Shown here: positions 59,671 through 64,000 of the stretch, in pieces
Numbering within the stretch: position 1 is the stretch's first letter
How the letters are laid out: every line of letters begins with the position of its first letter
Assembly (NCBI GenBank): GCA_963727625.1
Contig: CAVSHR010000002.1
Span: 672,001 to 736,000, forward strand
Origin: an uncultured delta proteobacterium
GTDB lineage: Bacteria; Desulfobacterota; Binatia; UBA9968
DNA: 64,000 nt
Direction of reading: 5' to 3'
Program-made: the position numbers and the translations under genes
Notes under the pieces: generated by a model
The model's input: the letters and a program-made list of their open reading frames with translations, nothing else
Told to the model about the DNA's origin: nothing
Databases searched by the model: none

Positions 59671-60879
59671 CTAGCGCTCGAGCAACTTTTTTACCAACCA
59701 AATAAAACCGCCGGTCAAAACGAGATTGAGCGCTAAGCTCAGCGCCGCGACCGTGACCACCGGCCCGCCGATGCCGTAGCCGATGCTGATAATCAAAACG
59801 CCGGCCCCGACTTCGCCGCGCGGCCACAGACCGATTGCCAAGGCAATCCGTTCCTTCCAACTCGCTTCCTTGCGATAGCAGAAAAACGGTAACATCTTGC
59901 CGAGGTTGGAAAGTATCGTTACCGCGAGAACGTGCCAGGCCAAGAAGCTCCAAGGGAGAACGGGTTGTTGCGCTGTAACCGTGTTCGTCGCAGCCGCCGA
60001 GTCGACGCCAGCGAACACGGTGGCCATGCTTAAACCGACGAACAGCATAAATACGGCCGACACCAGGGTCGCGACTCTTTGTTCCTCGGAATCCTCCGGA
60101 CCCTCCTGGCGGCCGGAAACGCTGTCGTCGCGATGCGGGTCGGTGCCCGCCGGTCGCTTCATCATGCAGCCGAGTACGAACGCGGGTAACAAGACTTCGA
60201 TGTGGATGGGAACCTCATCGTCGATCCTGTTGGCGCCGATGTAAATCAACTCCGACACGATCACGATGGCGACGGAATAGCTCAAAACCCACGGCCAGCG
60301 GGTAGGTATCGCCCATCGATGCAGATACTTCCAAGCGAGCCAGAGCATCACGGTCATGATCAGGACAATCACAGCGAGTTGCCATGCCAGTCCGACGATC
60401 AGCATTTTCAGCGGAATCATCAGCACGATGGTGTCGAGATCGTCAAATATGGCGAGCACTCTGGCCTTGCGAAAAACCCATGTGGCGCTCAGTCCCGCGG
60501 CCGCCAACATGGAAAAAAGTACCCCGGCTGAAGTGGGCGCGGCAAAACGGCCGGCCAGCAGGATTTCTGTCCATGCATTCCCTGACCCCCACGCCGTTGC
60601 CGGCAGCATGACCAACAGAAAATAAAGCGTGACGAAGATCCATGGAAACGCGGCCGCGGTCATGGCGACGGCATAATCCCAACCGTAGGATCGCCAATCG
60701 GACTTGTCGATTTCAAATTCGTAGCCGACATGGATCATGATGAAGCCAAGACCCACAAGCGTGAACAGCGTGACGATCTTTTCTGCGACGTGAATATATT
60801 CGCCGGCGAGATCTGGTAAGAAGCGGGCGCCGATGAGGCCGGCAATCAGCAGTAACGAAAACGTGGCAACTTTTTTCAT
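59671..60879 (-). CDS. Cation:proton antiporter (CPA-type Na+/H+ exchanger)
   Basis: Multi-TM protein; HVGYEF, APTSAG, AIFDD, GK and GLWPRGEVG. Confidence 0.85.
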   Translation of the reverse strand: MKKVATFSLLLIAGLIGARFLPDLAGEYIHVAEKIVTLFTLVGLGFIMIHVGYEFEIDKSDWRSYGWDYAVAMTAAAFPWIFVTLYFLLVMLPATAWGSGNAWTEILLAGRFAAPTSAGVLFSMLAAAGLSATWVFRKARVLAIFDDLDTIVLMIPLKMLIVGLAWQLAVIVLIMTVMLWLAWKYLHRWAIPTRWPWVLSYSVAIVIVSELIYIGANRIDDEVPIHIEVLLPAFVLGCMMKRPAGTDPHRDDSVSGRQEGPEDSEEQRVATLVSAVFMLFVGLSMATVFAGVDSAAATNTVTAQQPVLPWSFLAWHVLAVTILSNLGKMLPFFCYRKEASWKERIALAIGLWPRGEVGAGVLIISIGYGIGGPVVTVAALSLALNLVLTGGFIWLVKKLLER

Positions 60880-61228
60880 AAAACCAATCTGTCGCTGCTC
60901 TTAAGCACCGGCGCTGTTTTGAGGGCGTGTCATATCTATGGGATCGTCAGCGGAAGAATACTCGCGATGGCGGCGGACGCCGACAGATGCAGCGCGCCGG
61001 CAATTGCGCGTCGTCATGAAGCCGATTCAGCTTTAAAACGAATGACCCAAGCAAAGCCATTAGCGAAGTGAGCTGCTGGCGCTATGCTACACGTTTTCTC
61101 TTGTCCATCGGAAACCCTCTCCATAAGTGATTATAACCCGCAACAACCAACAAGAGGGGCGGGAATATTTTGTGTGTACTCTTTGGTTTCTTGAAGTTTA
61201 AGCGGATCGCCGGTCCCGTATGCCGCTT

Positions 61229-61651
61229 CTACCGCGGCATACGGAAGCGCAGCTTTCTGCGCCGCGCGCCGGATCGATATTTCTTAAGACGCGCAGCGGG
61301 ACAGCGACGCAGCTGATTGGTCTCTACCCAACGGCTCAAGCCGCGCCTCAAGTAAGTGGGATCGAGTCCCAGGGTTTCGCACACGCTGGTAAACGAGAAA
61401 ATCCAGATCTCTTCGTCGGTGGCGTTGATCCACTGCTCCGCGCCCTCAAACGACCGGCGCTGTTGACGGGTGCAGCGGCGCGGGTCGCGCGACAAACAGG
61501 AGACCGCGTCTTCAAGCAGGGCGGCCATCAGCCTTCTTTCCGGGTCGGGGACGCGGCTGCTTTGCAGAGATGCGTAAAACTGCTGGGACGCCAGCGCGTC
61601 CGGCTCGAACATAAAATTTAAATGGTGGTCTGTAACAAAGTTTGCCCTCAT
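61229..61651 (-). CDS. Conserved-looking hypothetical protein with C-terminal HTH-like segment
   Basis: PERRLMAALLEDA...AEQWI...FSFTSVCETLGLDPTYLRRGL and a basic tail; AGAAAGGAG upstream. Confidence 0.7.
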   Translation of the reverse strand: MRANFVTDHHLNFMFEPDALASQQFYASLQSSRVPDPERRLMAALLEDAVSCLSRDPRRCTRQQRRSFEGAEQWINATDEEIWIFSFTSVCETLGLDPTYLRRGLSRWVETNQLRRCPAARLKKYRSGARRRKLRFRMPR

Positions 61652-61747
61652 GGTCGTGGTTCGATCTCTCCTTTCTTGAAACACTCGCTGCCCATCAAGA
61701 TAGGCACGATCCGAGTCTTCGGCAAATTCATAATTTCTTATTGATGA

Positions 61748-61762
61748 TTAGAAAAACTCTAA
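61748..61762. promoter_or_regulatory. LysR-type operator (T-N11-A)
   Basis: TTAG-AAAAACT-CTAA palindrome 14 nt upstream of the nhaR ATG. Confidence 0.55.
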
Positions 61763-61776
61763 CTAAGATCAGGGCC

Positions 61777-62676
61777 ATGGAATGGCTGAATTACCACCAT
61801 TTACTCTATTTCTGGACCGTGGCACGACTCGGCGGCGTGGCCCGCGCCAGCGAGGAACTGCGGCTCACTCAAGCGACCATAAGCGCCCAGCTAAAATCGC
61901 TGGAGGCATCCCTTGGGGAGAAGTTATTCCGCAAAAGCGGCCGCCATTTGGCCCTAACCGAGACCGGCAAGCTGGTGTTTCGCTACGCCGACGAAATTTT
62001 TTCTCTAGGCCAGGAGTTACTGGGAACTTTGAAAGGACGGCCTGAGGGGAGCCTGGCGCGGCTCAACGTCGGAGTTGCCGACGTGATGCCCAAGCTGGTG
62101 GCGTATCAGCTGATCGAGCCGGCGCTTAAGCTCAAGGATGCCTACCGAATTGTCTGCCGCGAGGGAACCAATCCGGAACTGTTGGCGGCTTTAGCGGTGC
62201 ACGATCTCGACGTGGTTCTTACGGACGCCCCCATCGATCCGGCGCTCAACGTGAGGGCCTTTCACCATCTATTGGGTGAGTGCGATGTTTTTCTGTTTGC
62301 CAATGCCAAACTGGCAGCGACTTATCGGCGCGATTTTCCGGGTTCGCTCGGCGGCGCGCCGTTTTTACTGCCGACGCGCAATACGATTTTACGAAGATCG
62401 TTGGACCAGTGGTTTGACCACCGAAATATTCAACCGAAAATCGTCGCGGAATTCGAAGACAACGCATTGTTGATGGTTTTTGGTCAGCATGGCGCGGGCA
62501 TATTCGCCGCGCCCTCGGCGATCAAGCAGGAGGTGGAAAGGAAGTACGACGTGAAAGTGATCGGCGAAGTGAGCAGCGTGCGCGAGCGCTTTTACGCCGT
62601 CTCTCTGGATCGCAAACTCAGGCACCCGGCCGTGGTGGCGATTTCCGAGGCAGCCCGAGCGCGGCTACCGGATTAA
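61777..62676 (+). CDS. nhaR: LysR-family transcriptional activator NhaR
   Basis: MEWLNYHHLLYFWTVAR, ADEIFSLGQEL, GVADVMPKLVA and EFEDNALL; near a Na+/H+ antiporter gene. Confidence 0.88.
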   Translation: MEWLNYHHLLYFWTVARLGGVARASEELRLTQATISAQLKSLEASLGEKLFRKSGRHLALTETGKLVFRYADEIFSLGQELLGTLKGRPEGSLARLNVGVADVMPKLVAYQLIEPALKLKDAYRIVCREGTNPELLAALAVHDLDVVLTDAPIDPALNVRAFHHLLGECDVFLFANAKLAATYRRDFPGSLGGAPFLLPTRNTILRRSLDQWFDHRNIQPKIVAEFEDNALLMVFGQHGAGIFAAPSAIKQEVERKYDVKVIGEVSSVRERFYAVSLDRKLRHPAVVAISEAARARLPD

Positions 62677-62807
62677 AAGTCGGGCGCGCGTGGCGGGAGA
62701 CGCGCTTTATTTGACCTGCTATTTCACCTGAAACTTGGCAAGCGCTGTGGGCCTGTTATACAGTCAGCGCGCATTCAGTAAAGCGGCACAGTTGAAAGGA
62801 GTGCTTC

Positions 62808-63842
62808 ATGGAAGTCAAATCAACCAAAGAGCTTCACAGCGAGCTCACGATGCACAGCGTGCGCTTCGCCAAGGACGAGCAAGGACGGCGCAAGGGGCAG
62901 GATGTATTGTTCAAATGGCTGGAAATCGAGAAGAAACTCGGCGAGCACAAACATATTTACGTTGTTGACGCACGGCTGGGTTCGAACAATCACACGCATC
63001 GTTTATGGTATGACGTGATTCCGCCGCATACCGAGGAAGGGCAGGACTGGCGTAGCCTCGGCCATCGTCATACGGTGGAAGCGATCATCTATTTTCTGAA
63101 AGGGCACGGTCATAGCATCATCGACGGCGAGCGTTACGATTGGGGGCCGGGGGATTTGCTGAGCGTGCCGATGTTCTCTTGGCACCGCCATATAAACGAT
63201 GGTGACGAGCCGGTCCTGCGGATCGCGTCCACGACGGGACCGTTGTCCTTGGCGCTTGGTCAGGCGGTTTATGAAGACGAGCGCTACCCGGAGTTTTGGA
63301 TCTACGCCCAGGAAGGCGAGGATGCACGCAAGACTCTGATTCCCGGCGGTGGCGGACAGATCGACAACGGCAAGGTCGGCGCCAATCGCACGGCGGAAAT
63401 GTACGCGGAGCAGGTGGCTTTCGCCATGCACGAAGAGCAGCTCCGGCGCAAAAGCAAGGTGTTGGTGAAGCAAAAGGACCTGGTCTTCGAGCCGACCGCC
63501 TTGGGCAATCTGGCCTACGTGGTCGATCCGCGCATCGGCTGCCATAGCAAGGCGCTCGGCGTCGTGATGGCGGAAATTCCCCCCGGTAAGCGTTCCGGCG
63601 CCCATCGCCATCTCTACGACGAGATTGATCTGATCGTCGGCGGCAAGGGCAAGGTGATCGTCGAAGACAAGGAATTCGATTTCGATACCTTGGACGTGCT
63701 CTCGATTCCGGTCTTTCAGTGGCACCAATATTTCAATACCGGCGGCGAGCCGCTGCGGATTCTCGGCATCAACACTCGTTTGGCGATGGATAACTTGGGC
63801 TTGTCGCTGACTCATCAGGGTGAACATGCGGATTATGTTTGA
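62808..63842 (+). CDS. Bicupin protein (gentisate dioxygenase-like superfamily)
   Basis: GHRHTVEAI...VPMFSWHRH and GAHRHLYDEI...IPVFQWHQ; AAGGAG RBS. Confidence 0.8.
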   Translation: MEVKSTKELHSELTMHSVRFAKDEQGRRKGQDVLFKWLEIEKKLGEHKHIYVVDARLGSNNHTHRLWYDVIPPHTEEGQDWRSLGHRHTVEAIIYFLKGHGHSIIDGERYDWGPGDLLSVPMFSWHRHINDGDEPVLRIASTTGPLSLALGQAVYEDERYPEFWIYAQEGEDARKTLIPGGGGQIDNGKVGANRTAEMYAEQVAFAMHEEQLRRKSKVLVKQKDLVFEPTALGNLAYVVDPRIGCHSKALGVVMAEIPPGKRSGAHRHLYDEIDLIVGGKGKVIVEDKEFDFDTLDVLSIPVFQWHQYFNTGGEPLRILGINTRLAMDNLGLSLTHQGEHADYV

Positions 63843-64000
63843 TTGCAAGACTATTGTGGATGCGGCGCGCAGCAAACTATCTATTGAATGAAACTGTCCG
63901 GAGCCAAAACCTTTGTTGCTCCGCTTCTCCACAGTGAGGAGATGGCTGATTGAAGCATTGCTGGATTAGAAAGGAATGTCGCAAACATGGCCGACGCACA

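Noticed and set aside
60880-61130. Na+/Li+ riboswitch or leader peptide (MDKRKRVA*) upstream of the antiporter
   Set aside because: I could not match a consensus by eye and the 8-codon ORF is too short to support; it needs cmscan.
1-64000. CRISPR array, tRNA, rRNA, integrase or transposase
   Set aside because: No regularly spaced 25-40 nt repeats, cloverleaf signatures or recombinase/DDE motifs were recognised. The short-period arrays lack unique spacers.
63968-64000. Start of a next gene (AGAAAGGA...ATG 63987)
   Set aside because: Only four codons are inside the window, so it cannot be identified.

Overview
This is a high-GC bacterial chromosome segment. The gene mix (many NitT/TauT-type binding proteins, OCD, LLM, amidohydrolase, UbiD and cupin paralogues) suggests a Binatia-like/deltaproteobacterial genome; that is an inference. 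Most of it is housekeeping and catabolic genes: bioB (cut by the left edge), aas, pgeF, ABC importers, mltA, a biotin-dependent carboxylase cluster, tat, fabF/fabH, pncB, etfBA, pyk, nhaR and a cation antiporter. The most notable feature is a lower-GC two-gene island (about 12.43-17.28 kb). It is bounded by a diverged duplication of the 3' end of a zincin gene. It encodes a 1330-aa Mrr-like nuclease-STAND ATPase whose C-terminus looks like a fused small antitoxin module, translationally coupled to an AbiEii/MenT-type nucleotidyltransferase, and is a candidate new antiphage system. Second is a stand-alone mini transcription unit at 30.76-30.92 kb: a near-consensus sigma70 promoter, a 17-nt complement to the 16S rRNA 3' end, a 13-codon ORF and a hairpin. 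Also present are several deletion-scarred pseudogenes and multiple intergenic short-period repeat arrays, most with an inverted arm. No CRISPR array, rRNA, tRNA, integrase or transposase was recognised.
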